IMG/VR virus record: IMGVR_UViG_3300031951_000036
Strand: one strand, 5' to 3'
From: an uncultured virus (IMG/VR IMGVR_UViG_3300031951_000036)
Taxonomy: Duplodnaviria > Heunggongvirae > Uroviricota > Caudoviricetes
DNA length: 64,000 nt
Below the pieces are notes generated by a model that had not been told where the DNA came from, ran no database searches, and saw nothing but the letters and a program-made list of their open reading frames with translations. This document shows positions 9,755 to 21,900 of this stretch, one piece after another; position 1 is the first letter of the stretch; the number at the start of each line of letters is the position of its first letter. The translations under genes and the position numbers were made by a program.

Positions 9755-9773
9755 TATATAATATACTCAATTC

Positions 9774-12700
9774 TTACTGATTTCTCTTCATCTGCTGTAC
9801 TCTGTCTGCGGGGTCAAAAATGTCGCGGAAGTTGCGGATACCTGTCAGGTCTTCAATGTCTTTCACAATCTTAGCATCGCCCTCTTCATAGCGTCCAGAT
9901 TTACGGGTGTAGAACGCATCTTTCCAAGTTTGGTAGGCTGCATCCCCATCGATGTCTGGATCTGGTTCTTCTCCACCATTATACATCATGGCAAATACCA
10001 GGTTCCAAGTGTGGCTTCCCATACGCTTGACCGCATTAAGCTCGCGAGTAAATACCGTCAGTGAGGTAAAGTTGCGGATATACTCCTCTGATCCACCACC
10101 CAATGGGAACATGGATAACACCTCACCTTTAGTACCCCAGAACACGCGGATTGCGTTGCCTTCCAGCATGCCAATCTCCTCATCGTCCTCATCTTTGCGA
10201 CGGATGTAACTCATCAGCATCATACTCAGAATCGTCATCATGGCCATAACCATGGCATCACGACGGGCTTGTGCCATTTTGCGGGTGTACAAATCACCCT
10301 GGCGCTGCACAGTTCTGCCTGATTTGTCTGTGACACTGATCAGGTCTACAGTACTGCCAAGCTTCTTGGCCAGCTTTGTTCCTAAAACAAAATGCTTCAG
10401 TGTGTTGGAAGCACCATAGTATTTCCAGCTCATGGCCACCGCTCTCCAGTATCCCAGGGCAGCCTCACCGGCTTCCCAGTTGGGTCTGAGGTATCCAAAG
10501 CGGTTCAACAATTGTGGCACCAGGTACTTACGGTAGAAGAACACCAGCTTACCAATAACCGTCTCTTCAAACTTTGTCTGGTCAGATGACGCATAGTTAC
10601 CTTGCGCCCGACGAACCTCTGAGTAAATGATGTTTCTCAGACGGTTTTCATCCTCCTGGTCAAACAGAATATCATTTCTGCGTTCCATGATTCCTGATGC
10701 GTTGCGCACATAAGCTTCGTGAGCAGGAACCATAACGGTTTCTCCTTTCTCATCCACTTCTAGGATAGCTTCACCATTGCTGTCATATCCTTTAATTTTG
10801 GCAAATTTGTAGTGATTCAGTACAGAATACATAACGGTCAATGCCACTTCTGTGTCACCCTTGTCCTGGATCATGTAACCCATCTCCTGGACGCCCAGCA
10901 TGGTGGCTTTGGCACGACGACCGCGTCCACCTGATACTTCCTTCAAGTATTCACTAAAGTTCTTTTGCGCGGGATTGTACAAACGGTACAGCATAGTAGA
11001 GTCACTGATGTCAGAAACTTTACCCCAGTCTGCAAACCAGTTGTGCAAAAACCCATCGTATCCATAGATTTTACCTTTAGCCCAAAGCATGTCTTGACGA
11101 GAGTAGTGGTCTGAGGTATGATTCCCTGCAGCAATCCATGCCTGCACGTTACCAGAGATAAAGTTTTTTACCTGGTTAGCTGCATCAAATCCCATGCGGA
11201 TCATGCTGGTGTACTGGAAGATCAGGTTCATACGCTTGCGAATAGCACGGGTAGCCTGGTTCTCAGACTCTTCTTGTCCGTAAGCAAACTTCCTGCGCTC
11301 AAACTTCATCTGGTCAATGATGTCATCCAGCTCACGCTGACGACGGCTCATGTCTACCATCTTCTTTTCTCCGGTAGTAGCGTCCCTGGTAATGGTCTTA
11401 CCTGCCTGAATCGTTTTCTTCAGGTCTTCTGAGAGCAGCTCCAGGTATTCAATGAAGGCATCTGCCATTGGTGTAACCTGTTGCATGGCAATATTATACT
11501 CTGCCTCTAGGGTGTACTTCAGCAGCGCACCCACTGCATCCTGCGACTGGAGTTCTTCTGGTAACTGTTCTGTGTAGCGCATGCGAATACGTCCGCCCAA
11601 GTCACCAAAGGTGTTTTCCACACGGTCTTGGGCTCCACTGGTCTTAATCTGCTTGTCAACAAACAGGTTCCAGTTGCGCTCAAAGGACTTTAATAATCCA
11701 TCGCGAGCAATACTTTCAATGGTACTCATGGCATAGCCAGGTACCTGGTATCCAATGCGACGTCCCTCGATTTTTTTTTGTTGGTCAAAGAACGCGTCCA
11801 TCATCTTGTTATAGAACGCAAACACCTCAGCATCTGCCATGATGTTACGATACTTGCTGCTGATGTTAGGCGACGCCTCAAATCCTACCTGAACCTGGAA
11901 GTGTCCCTGGTTGTCTCTCACAATACCTTTAGGCATGGGTATTCCGTCAGCACTTTGTAAGAAATCAGGATTCTTAGCAGATTCTTTCAGACGCTTGATC
12001 TTATACTTAGGGTGAGGCTTGCCGTACTCCATGTACTTGTCTGCCACACCAGGGGATGGAACCAGCTCAAAGTTGAATACCTTAGGGGATACGTTACCAC
12101 GTACGTCGTATCCGTCACGTATACTCTTGTATTTGTTGTCATGGGTCATGTTGTACCACTGCTCAAACTCCTGTTCCACCACGTCAAATTGTGCGCGGAA
12201 GAACATTAAGTCTTTAGTGGCTTTTGTAATAGTCTTGGTATCTCCCTTACCTGTAGCGCTTGCCAGCTGGCTTTCTGCCTGGATCATGTTTTTATAAGCA
12301 CTCTCCAGTGTCTGCATCTTGCGGTTGAACAAGTCTGTATAGTTAGGGTTGATACGCTTTTGGCTCAGGTTTGCTATACGCTCCCGGATGTTGTTGGCAA
12401 TCTCACGCTCATCTTCATCTAGCTCTGGCATCTCTGAGTTCTCAAAGATGTCATTCATTTCAGCATTGATGGCATCCAGTTCATCTGCTTCCTCTTCTGT
12501 CAAGAACTGTGGGTTAAAACGTCCCGCGTCTTTATGCGGACGCATAATCTCACGCTTACGCTCCATCAGTTTTTCCACCTCAGGATTACGCCCGTAGATG
12601 TCAGCACGCATTCTGTATAGAATATTTAGCTCATCATACCAGTTTAATCCCTCCAGTTCAGACACCTGTGCAGTCTTGGTCTCACCAGTCTCCTCATCTA

Positions 12701-15700
12701 GCAATGTCACTACGTCGCCATTGACAGCATTGATCTCATAAGTAAATCCATTAAAGCTAACATAGTTACCCTCTTGGATGGGTTCTAGCGGCTGTCGCTT
12801 GGTGGGCGTGTCTACTGTATTGTTTTTCAGCCACTTCTGCCATAACTCAGGATGGTCAGCAAAACGCGTCTTGGCGTTATCACGCATCCTTTCAAAGAAG
12901 TTAATGTTGATGTCGTACTCATACAGGTTATTGAACTCGTCAATGTACTCAGCATACTTAGGGTCACGCTTCTTGGCTTCCTCGCGAAGCTTGCGGATCT
13001 CTGTATCCAGTTCTTTCAGACGGTCAAAGTCGTTTTCATCCAGCATGACCTCGTTACCTGCACCTTCCTGGTGGGTGATGACCTGCTTTTCCAGGTACTT
13101 CTTTTGTAAGGCATCGCGAATATCCTGCGGCAGCATACGCTGGTAGCGGTAGAACGCTTCTGAAAAAGGCAAGCTGGAGTTGGCCATCATCCAATCCATT
13201 TGTCTATCTGTCAGCTCATCGCGCTCACGCTTCTTATCCAACAAAGCTATCTCTGCCTCGTCTTTCAGACGCTCTTTTTCTTTAATTCTAGCCATAACCT
13301 CTGGACCAGTATTGGTCTTAAGTTCTTTAACGGCCTTGCGGTACTCACCAAACGCATGATTGTATGCGTTGTTAGCATCGCTAATTTCTTTCTTTACCTT
13401 GCGCAGGTCTTGCTGAAAACTCCGGTAGGTCTGCTCATACTCCTCACTGTAAGGTTTTACCATGAACAGTGTGCGACGCTCTACGGTTTCACCAGTCTTA
13501 GAGTCTACAGTTTTTACCGTGCGCCATTCAGAGATCAGGTCATTGAGTTGCTCTAAGCTCATACGCTTGAGCAATGCGTCACGCATCTTATCAAAGTTCA
13601 GCAATGCCAGGTTGTTTTGCAGGTTAAATTGCGCCTGTGCCTGGGCATTCTTATACAGCTGGGTAAACGCACTTACTGCCAGCTCACTGTCTGACACGGA
13701 AGCCATCAAGTTACCAGGGTTCAGGATCATCTGACCCAGGCCGGACAACAGCGTAGAGTTGTTGAACACATCATTGGCTCCAATGTAAATATCACTTTTG
13801 GGGTCGGTTACACCCTGAATGTATGTGGCAATCGCATCTTCTGTATAATCCAGTCCATGGACAATGAATGCCTCTAGCTTTTTAATCTGTCTTTCCAGAG
13901 CTTCTACCTCGCTCATAAGCTCAGGAGAATCCTTACCCATGCGCTTGGCAATACCCTCTTTGAAACGCTCACTGGCAAACGACAACATGCTGTTCTTCAG
14001 TTGTCTGAATATACCTTTGGCCTTGCCATTCTTGAGTGCTTCATACTCTTCTTTAAGGGCGGCCAGCTTAGGCAACGCTCCCTCCTCAATGTCTTTTTTG
14101 ACACCTTCAAATACTTTTCTACCAGGCGTTCTCAGAATCATAACGCCCATTGCCAGACCAATCTCACGGAAGTTACTCTCAATGCGGTCATTGAACGCAT
14201 TCAGGTTTTCCAGTTTGCGCACCACTTCAGAGTTTCGCAGGTCATTATCTGGTGTACGGGCCTCATCTACAATCTCCCGCAAAGCGTTTACAATATCATA
14301 CATCCCGCGCGTTTTGCGGAAAGCCGTCATAACCTGCACGACTTGTTCCATGCGCTCTTTCTGATTGGTACTATTGCGGTATGCCAATATTGCCTCGTCA
14401 CTGAGACGCTCCATATTCTTCAGGTCTGCCTCCACATAATCCATTACCAGGGAAAAATTGATACTATGTCCTTTAGTCGTATCATCTGTGCGCAGCAACA
14501 CCTGCTGGAAGTCCATAAGTGTTTTCTTGCGGTTGTACAGCAACTCACGTTGAGCGGTGTTCTTCTGTCCTTTCTGGTCCAGCTCACTGATTTGCTTAAT
14601 GACCTCATCTAGCTCAGCGTCCACCGATTCTTTCAAACGCTCCAACAACTCTTTGTTGTTCTCAGAGGTAGGTGTAAAATCCAAAATCTTCAGCTCCTTC
14701 TCCTTCATCTTCTTTTCTACATCCTTGCTGACCGGAATCTCCTGATCTACAATGTCACGGAGTTTGTTCATTTCCCTGGCTTGTGCATCAGGGTCTGTTT
14801 TCCACAGCCCGTTGTCTCCAGGTACATTGGTGTACCGGGCGTAAGTGTAGAAGTTAGGAATGTCAAACACTCCAAACATGGCATCCTGGAAACGCCCGCT
14901 ACCTGGGTCTACCTCATACATGAGTCCTAAGATGGTGCTGTTTCCTGTATCAATACCATGTTGCCCAAGGATGTTCTCATAGACTTTGGTCTGTAACATC
15001 CAGGTATCAAACGTACTGCGTTGCTTAGCCATGAACTCCACGGCTGTTCCTTCTTTGCGGTCGATGGGAAAGTTTTGTTTGGCCAAGTGAACCATCACCC
15101 GGTCTTCTACCATGTACACCTCACCCGTGTCATCATCTTCTCTTACCGTGTTTCTGACCTTCTTAGTCTTAAAGTCAAATACGTGTACCTTTCCTTCAGG
15201 GTCTATCATCATCAAGTCCAGACGACCAATAACCAAGCTGCCTTGCTTGTTAGCCCCGGCAATGGTTACCTCTGGCAGGATCAGGAAACGCGCATCGCTT
15301 TTAGTCTTGATGTGCATGGCCATGTTTACCGCCTGGTAGTACATGTTATCAACGGTCAGCTCTGGTATTTCAAACGGAGCTTTGGCCATGTACTCCTCAT
15401 GCACCTGTTCAAAGAACTCGCGTGTCAAAACACTGGTGATGGGAATGCCATACTCTAGTGCCTGCATCTGGGCTTTTTCCAGCACCTCGTGCATAAAGAT
15501 CCCAAACTGCTTGAATGCATCATAAGCCATGGGGTCTCCTTTGAAATCTGCAGACCCAATAAAGTTAGATACGCTGATGGTCTTTACCGTAGGCTGACCT
15601 GCTTCTGATAGCGCAATGTTACGCTTCAAGAACTGCATGTAACTATTGACCATAGCGATAACCTTGCCCAGGGTTTCTTTCTGGGCTGGATTGCTAATCC

Positions 15701-15971
15701 GGTCGCGCATGCTTGTCAAAGTAGTTAGCTGGTCTTTGGCGCGCTCTAACTTCAGCTTGTCAGAAGAACGAGCCACCTGTTCATCGCGCTCTAGGGGCTT
15801 GATGCCTTCCAGGAGTTTTAGTGCCGCGTCAAACGTAGGAATGTCATTCCCGTTCAATCTGAATACAGCATGTGCAGTAGCTTCTGCTACTTCAGGTTTA
15901 GATCCTCTGTTGGTAAAAGATTCCACCAGAGCTTTCCACTCTGGTGAATTAGTGTTAGGGCAGGCGCTCAT
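9774..15971 (-). CDS. Giant virion (ejected) protein with an N-terminal RecB-like PD-(D/E)XK nuclease domain
   Basis: GIFMHEVLE...PEVTI...GRLDLMMID...VFDFKTK...LQTKVY; long helical body; C-terminal hydrophobic helix AMVMAMMTILSMMLMSYI. Directly follows vRNAP, as in crAss-like phages. Confidence 0.8.
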   Translation of the reverse strand: MSACPNTNSPEWKALVESFTNRGSKPEVAEATAHAVFRLNGNDIPTFDAALKLLEGIKPLERDEQVARSSDKLKLERAKDQLTTLTSMRDRISNPAQKETLGKVIAMVNSYMQFLKRNIALSEAGQPTVKTISVSNFIGSADFKGDPMAYDAFKQFGIFMHEVLEKAQMQALEYGIPITSVLTREFFEQVHEEYMAKAPFEIPELTVDNMYYQAVNMAMHIKTKSDARFLILPEVTIAGANKQGSLVIGRLDLMMIDPEGKVHVFDFKTKKVRNTVREDDDTGEVYMVEDRVMVHLAKQNFPIDRKEGTAVEFMAKQRSTFDTWMLQTKVYENILGQHGIDTGNSTILGLMYEVDPGSGRFQDAMFGVFDIPNFYTYARYTNVPGDNGLWKTDPDAQAREMNKLRDIVDQEIPVSKDVEKKMKEKELKILDFTPTSENNKELLERLKESVDAELDEVIKQISELDQKGQKNTAQRELLYNRKKTLMDFQQVLLRTDDTTKGHSINFSLVMDYVEADLKNMERLSDEAILAYRNSTNQKERMEQVVQVMTAFRKTRGMYDIVNALREIVDEARTPDNDLRNSEVVRKLENLNAFNDRIESNFREIGLAMGVMILRTPGRKVFEGVKKDIEEGALPKLAALKEEYEALKNGKAKGIFRQLKNSMLSFASERFKEGIAKRMGKDSPELMSEVEALERQIKKLEAFIVHGLDYTEDAIATYIQGVTDPKSDIYIGANDVFNNSTLLSGLGQMILNPGNLMASVSDSELAVSAFTQLYKNAQAQAQFNLQNNLALLNFDKMRDALLKRMSLEQLNDLISEWRTVKTVDSKTGETVERRTLFMVKPYSEEYEQTYRSFQQDLRKVKKEISDANNAYNHAFGEYRKAVKELKTNTGPEVMARIKEKERLKDEAEIALLDKKRERDELTDRQMDWMMANSSLPFSEAFYRYQRMLPQDIRDALQKKYLEKQVITHQEGAGNEVMLDENDFDRLKELDTEIRKLREEAKKRDPKYAEYIDEFNNLYEYDININFFERMRDNAKTRFADHPELWQKWLKNNTVDTPTKRQPLEPIQEGNYVSFNGFTYEINAVNGDVVTLLDEETGETKTAQVSELEGLNWYDELNILYRMRADIYGRNPEVEKLMERKREIMRPHKDAGRFNPQFLTEEEADELDAINAEMNDIFENSEMPELDEDEREIANNIRERIANLSQKRINPNYTDLFNRKMQTLESAYKNMIQAESQLASATGKGDTKTITKATKDLMFFRAQFDVVEQEFEQWYNMTHDNKYKSIRDGYDVRGNVSPKVFNFELVPSPGVADKYMEYGKPHPKYKIKRLKESAKNPDFLQSADGIPMPKGIVRDNQGHFQVQVGFEASPNISSKYRNIMADAEVFAFYNKMMDAFFDQQKKIEGRRIGYQVPGYAMSTIESIARDGLLKSFERNWNLFVDKQIKTSGAQDRVENTFGDLGGRIRMRYTEQLPEELQSQDAVGALLKYTLEAEYNIAMQQVTPMADAFIEYLELLSEDLKKTIQAGKTITRDATTGEKKMVDMSRRQRELDDIIDQMKFERRKFAYGQEESENQATRAIRKRMNLIFQYTSMIRMGFDAANQVKNFISGNVQAWIAAGNHTSDHYSRQDMLWAKGKIYGYDGFLHNWFADWGKVSDISDSTMLYRLYNPAQKNFSEYLKEVSGGRGRRAKATMLGVQEMGYMIQDKGDTEVALTVMYSVLNHYKFAKIKGYDSNGEAILEVDEKGETVMVPAHEAYVRNASGIMERRNDILFDQEDENRLRNIIYSEVRRAQGNYASSDQTKFEETVIGKLVFFYRKYLVPQLLNRFGYLRPNWEAGEAALGYWRAVAMSWKYYGASNTLKHFVLGTKLAKKLGSTVDLISVTDKSGRTVQRQGDLYTRKMAQARRDAMVMAMMTILSMMLMSYIRRKDEDDEEIGMLEGNAIRVFWGTKGEVLSMFPLGGGSEEYIRNFTSLTVFTRELNAVKRMGSHTWNLVFAMMYNGGEEPDPDIDGDAAYQTWKDAFYTRKSGRYEEGDAKIVKDIEDLTGIRNFRDIFDPADRVQQMKRNQ

Positions 15972-15974
15972 AGG

Positions 15975-18900
15975 TTAAAAACACTCTAAATTCTTAATAA
16001 TTTCTTCGTTGCTTAGGTTAGCTTGTCCAATGCTGACAAATGTTTTTGCCTGATTAACAAACTGTTCAAATGGAGTTTTCTTTCCAGTGCGGTTGTAAAG
16101 GTACAACAACACCTGTGGGGTCAGGTTAAGATTCTTCAAATCTTCTTCCAACGTGGTGCTCACATTCAACTGTTTGTCACGCAGTTCCAGCACAGCTTTG
16201 CGGTCTCCGTTCTCAGCACCCCAATTCATGGCTTTGTTGGTAGTCAAAGAGATGATGGTATCTTTTGCGGTGACGATGTACTGCTTCTCACGGTACGTTA
16301 CAATGTGTCCTTTGGCATCCATAGGTGTTACATTGTTCTTAGACACACCACGCTTGGCTTTAGCACCTTCCTGGGTTGGGTCATAGATCTGTACCTTATC
16401 TCCTTCCAAAGGCTTGGTGATGATGTAAGTTCCACCGTTGTACTTCACGTAGCGTCCGGGCTCCAGGCTCAGCACTTTCTCAGCGCTGGCTGCTTGTACC
16501 TGTGCATCAGTGAACAAACCAATCTTGGTCAGCTTCTCACGGGTAGATACATCGTTGCGTGACCATAAGTCATTCAGGTAATTAACAACAGACTCCATTG
16601 CTTTTTGTGCTGTTGAATCCTCTACGGGTGTAGACACTTTCATACCAGTTGTAGCTTCTGACACTCTCCAATTATCTGTACCGTATGGATTGCCATCATC
16701 GTCAAGCAATACTTCTTTATGTACAAAAAGCTGTGCACCAGGATACTGCGCCAGGTTGATAGCATACCCTTCCACTTTCACAGGAATGGTTACTCCATTA
16801 GACATCATCTGTATAGTGAACGTACCTTTCTTAGTGCTGCGCTTGTAATCAGTAATCAGCTTAGGGTCAATGGTAATTTCACCAGGGCGAGTTTCTTCTT
16901 CCTCTTCAGTCTCTTCAGTCTCTTCTTCTGTTTCTTCCTGTGTGCCTGTTACTCCTGTCACAGCACGCATGCCTCCCAACATAGAGTTTACGTCAAACGT
17001 AGATACATCTGCATCCAGGTCATCATCAAAGTCATCAAAGTCATCAAAGTCATCAAAGTCATCCAAGTCATCATACGTCTCAGTGTATCCTTCTTCTTCC
17101 AACTCATCTTCACGCTCTTCCTGCTCCTCTAAATCCTGCTTCAATGCTTCTGCTGACTCCTGCTCTGCCCTCATACGCTCGATGGTCTCGTCATCTCTGA
17201 GGTCAAGCACCCCGTTTTTGCGGGTGATGCTGCTGTAGTAACCAATCTCTTCCAGCGGGAATCCAATTGGGCTAAGCTTTTCTCCCATCATCTTAGCGGG
17301 AATACGCTTGTAACGCGCTCTCATGCCTGTGGTAGAAAATCCTTTACCAGAAGAAACTCCTTCATACAGGTTCTTACCTAATGACGCATCTGATGAATCT
17401 TCATCCACACCTTGCAATACATAAGCCACACCGTCTGTACTCTTGAACACCATAGGGAAAGCAAACATTTCTGTTCCTTCTTCCACCTTGATACCAAAGC
17501 GTGCACCAATGGCAGTCATAGAAGCAAAGCTTGCATGTTCATCAGTTTCATTGACACTTAGGTCTATGATAAACTGGTCACCCAGCTCTTCAAACTTAGG
17601 ATTAAATCCACCTGCTTCTTTGATCTTAGAACTGTCACGACCAATCGCTTCAGCTAAAATCTCAGCGGCACGGTTACGTTTTTCATCTGGAGTCAGCTTG
17701 TCTGCATCTTTCAGGCCTTTGACAATACCGCTGACAAATGCACCTTCTGCAGATATGCTCAGGTTTTTGGCATAGCGAATCACAGAGTTTTGCTCTTTGC
17801 TGCCGGTAAATGCCATCACGCGGAAGAGGTCATTGAATATCTGGTGGATATACTCCATGTCATCTGTCTTGAAGTAATCCATCATGGCTTTGTCAAACGC
17901 AGTTTTATTACCAGAACCCTGCTTCAATGCTTTGACAAACTCACTGATATTCTTGCTCAGCTCCTTCTTAAATGCAGGAGGCATGAACATCATGAATGAA
18001 CCTTTGGCATAACCCATACCTGTACGAGCCAACTCATGGTAGTATAGTTTCTTTAAGAACAACTTAGCTTCCTGGTCTTTACTTAAACTGATAGCATCGT
18101 CTGCAATCTCATTAGCTGTCTTACCAGAAAAACTTACCGTGTTGATTAAGCGGATGTAGCGCATAGGTTGGTTCTTATACACTTTACCATCCTGGTCAAT
18201 AATGGTTGTCTTATCTGTCTCGCGTGTCTCTTCTTTCAGGATTTGCAAGAACTTGTTGTTAGGATACTTCTCCTGGAACTGCTTAAGCTCTTCACCTAGC
18301 GTGTTCATAAACCAATACTCTGCTGTGAAGGTATCCTGCAATGCCTCATCTTCCCTGTCAATGAGTGTCTGGAAGTATGGATTAGATGTTCTGCGGCTGC
18401 CAGGATAAGTGGTCAGCATCTTTTGGATTGCCACAAAACCGGTGATCACCTTGGCTACATTGGTTTTGTCGCGGAAGATATCATTAAACACACCTTTGAT
18501 TGGGCGGAAGAAATTGCTACGCTCTAAGAACATGTTAGCCAACTGCTGGTCTAAATCCCTGGTTAGCTCGTATATCACTGACCATACTTTCAGGTCTGAT
18601 CCACCCATGATACGTTTAATACTGTCATCTGTAAACACTGACTTTTCACTAAACAACAACTCCTCGATGTTCTCATACATCTTGTCAAAGGTGTTAGTGT
18701 CTGGATTCAGGCGCTTAAACATATCAATGATGCTACCGGCTCTGCCCAGGGCAAAGCTTTGTTGTGCTTGTTCTTCATACATACCCAGCAACACAAACTT
18801 TTGTGCAGCTACGCTTAGAACAACATCGCTATTCTTGGCACTGACTTTATAGCCAATATCCTCAGGAGTTAAAGTGTTGTCAGCTAAACGCTCTTTGTTC

Positions 18901-21900
18901 AGCTTCTGTGCGGCAAACCCTATCACCAGGTTCTTCTTATTGAATACAGGCTTGAACAAAGATGACTTCTTTGGATTCAATAATCCTGCGTTCATCAACT
19001 CATCGTACACATCAGGGTTTTTCTCCAACAATGCCAGACGCTCCTTACGCACCTCGCTTCCCAGAGACGCGTATTGCTTCTCTTCAGACTCCTGGATCGC
19101 GTTACGTGCAGCTTTCACAGCGGCAGACGCACGGTTGATTTCAGGAATAAAGTTGAAACCAATGGCAAACTCAGGGCTTAATCCAATACCTACCATGGCA
19201 AGTGTCAAACCCGTGTTGATCTCATTCATCTTCAGGTAAGAAGGAATAGGTGTCTTCATCGCATCAGCAAACATCCCCAGGACGTTTCCTATCAAAGCGA
19301 TTGCACGTATGTTTTCTTCATTGACAATACCAAACTTATTGTATGTAGTAACTTTCTTGGCATCCTTGCTTTTGTTAAAGCTCCAAATTGGTGAGCGTAA
19401 TTCTGCACTGTACCAGCTTGAGAACGCTACAAACTTGTTGGTCTTGGCTGTGATACCAATACCATCCTTGTACATACTTGAGTCAGTCTTTGCCTTGATA
19501 ATTGAGCCCATGGTATAATGGTTCATGCGCACATCATCGTCTGATGGAGTGGTACCAAACGCTTCCATGATTTGCTCCAGGCGGTCTACAGAAGCCGCTT
19601 CATTGATATACAGTGTGTCAAACACATCCTTGTTACCAATAATATTCATAGAGGCCTGCAGGTTCTGATTCTGGAACTTATCCACTACCACATCACTGAG
19701 CCATGGATACTCTTCAAAACCTTCAATGGTCATAGGTAGACCATACTCTTCAAATACCGTAAAGATGGATGCTGCGTTTACAGCGCCCATCATAAATTGC
19801 TTTTCTTTTCTAAGCTCTTGCTGATCCCTTACCGCGCTACGGAAATCTCTACCAATCTGGGTCATCTGCATGCTCTTCTCTTTGTGAAGTCTTTTCAGCT
19901 GACGCAGCTCCTTGTCTCCTTTAGCCTTAGAACCCAGCTCAGCAATTCCCAGGGCAATACGCTCACTCAAGTCATCTAGTTCCTCAGACAACATATCACC
20001 TTGCTCACGTAATGCAGCCAGTTGTTCTTTGATGTCTGCCGCTTCTTCACGGAGCAATTGCAGGGAGAAGGCCTCCATATAATCGTCTTCTGAGAAGCCC
20101 ATCATCTTCATGAAGTTGAATACTGGCCCATCTAATGGCACAGTCAATCCTTCTTCATTCAACAAATCTTCTTTTGCTTTGCGAATCAAGTCAGCAAACT
20201 CACTCTTCTTCATCATATAGTGTACCCACTCCACAAACTTTCCTTCACGTTCATTCATGTATCCATCATAGCGACCGAACACATTATACTGACCTGCTAA
20301 GTTTCTGTAAGTAGAGAACGTCTGACCATACAATGCATCAACGTCAAAGTCAGAACCTGCCAGGATATGTATGTAGTGTGGTAAGATGATACCGTTCAGA
20401 TTAGAACCATCCATGTAATCCACCACTTTTAGGATAACCATAGAACGCTTGTCCTCTGTAGGAATACGAGTGGCAAACATCTTGGTCAAATACTCCTCAT
20501 ACATTCTGAGGTATGCAGGGTCGTTCTTCAAAGGTTCTGGTACGATACACTCTGCATAGATAAGTTTGTTACCCGTAGGTTTACCGTCCATATCTAACTC
20601 ATCCTCTTCTGTGAAACTAAGCTTGCGGTTTCTCAAACGCACGCTGCCATCAGCATTCATGAACCTGCCAGGGTTTGCCAAGAAGTCTTTGGTGAATACG
20701 TCCTTGCCAGTGGTAGGATCATACATGATATTATCATATCCCACAGAAGAAATATGGATACTCTTGAAACCAGAACCCTTCTCATCTGTCACCGCTTTGG
20801 AATACTGAGCAAAGAAGTAATACTCCAGCATTTTGCGGATCTCTGGAAGGTTCGGGTCAAACTCAATCTGGTCACCAGGCTTAACCTCAAACAATGATAT
20901 GGTTGGCATGGGTGCACCCTGTGCAATCAGACTCTCACGGATGATGTTGTACACAGTGCCAATCTTAAAGTCTCCACCTTCACGCATGATCTTTTGCAGA
21001 TACAACAGACGCGCCTGGAAAGATTTAGCCAAGCTGTCATCGTAATCCCTTAGCAATCTTTTGCTTAGGTTATTCAGGTCAGTAGCTTCAGATGGAGTCA
21101 GCTCTCTTCCCAGACGGATGGCCATTAGGTCACTGAGTTTATCTAGGTCAGCAGGTAACAACATCTTACGCTGTACAGATACCTTAGCCAGGTCTGCCAC
21201 ACCGGATGTTTCTACCTGCAAGAATTTGTACTTATTGTCAATCTCTAATGCGCTTATGTTCAATGGGATGTAACCACCTCTGCGGGGTTGGGCAAAGATG
21301 TCCACTGGCAAACGCGTTGCATTCTTTGAACCCTCCGTGTCCATCAAGTGGTCGATCTGGTGGTACTCCATAGAATTAAGCAGGTCGTGCAACAACTCAC
21401 GGTTTGGAGCAGGCATATAATATTTGTGGATACCGCGCACAATACGCTGGATCTCAGCAAATGTCGCTGCAGAATCTCCGCCTTCCTGTAACTGACGCTG
21501 GTATTGTTTGCGCAGCTCATATACGCGAGACCACTTGGTATGTAAATCACGCTCAATGGCTTCTTTACCTAATCGCTGCATTAAGGCAGGCTTGATATAG
21601 CTCACATCAGTGCGTGCAAACATGTTCTCTGACATCTTCAGGTAAGTACCGCGCCCTACTGTAATAGTCTTTTGTGGGTTGTTTACAATCTTAAGTGACT
21701 GCAACTTGCGCACTTCCCCTTCTGTCAGCTTTCGGTAATGACTTGCCAGCAATATATCATGTGCCTCTGCTGTCAGACGTCCGTTGTTTTCATGCAGGTC
21801 CATACGGTGCATAAGTAACGATACTGCCTGACCGTCAAAGGTCTTGTGCATCATGTGCTTATACCCTTTTACTCCAGCTTTAGCGTTTTGGAATGCCTTG

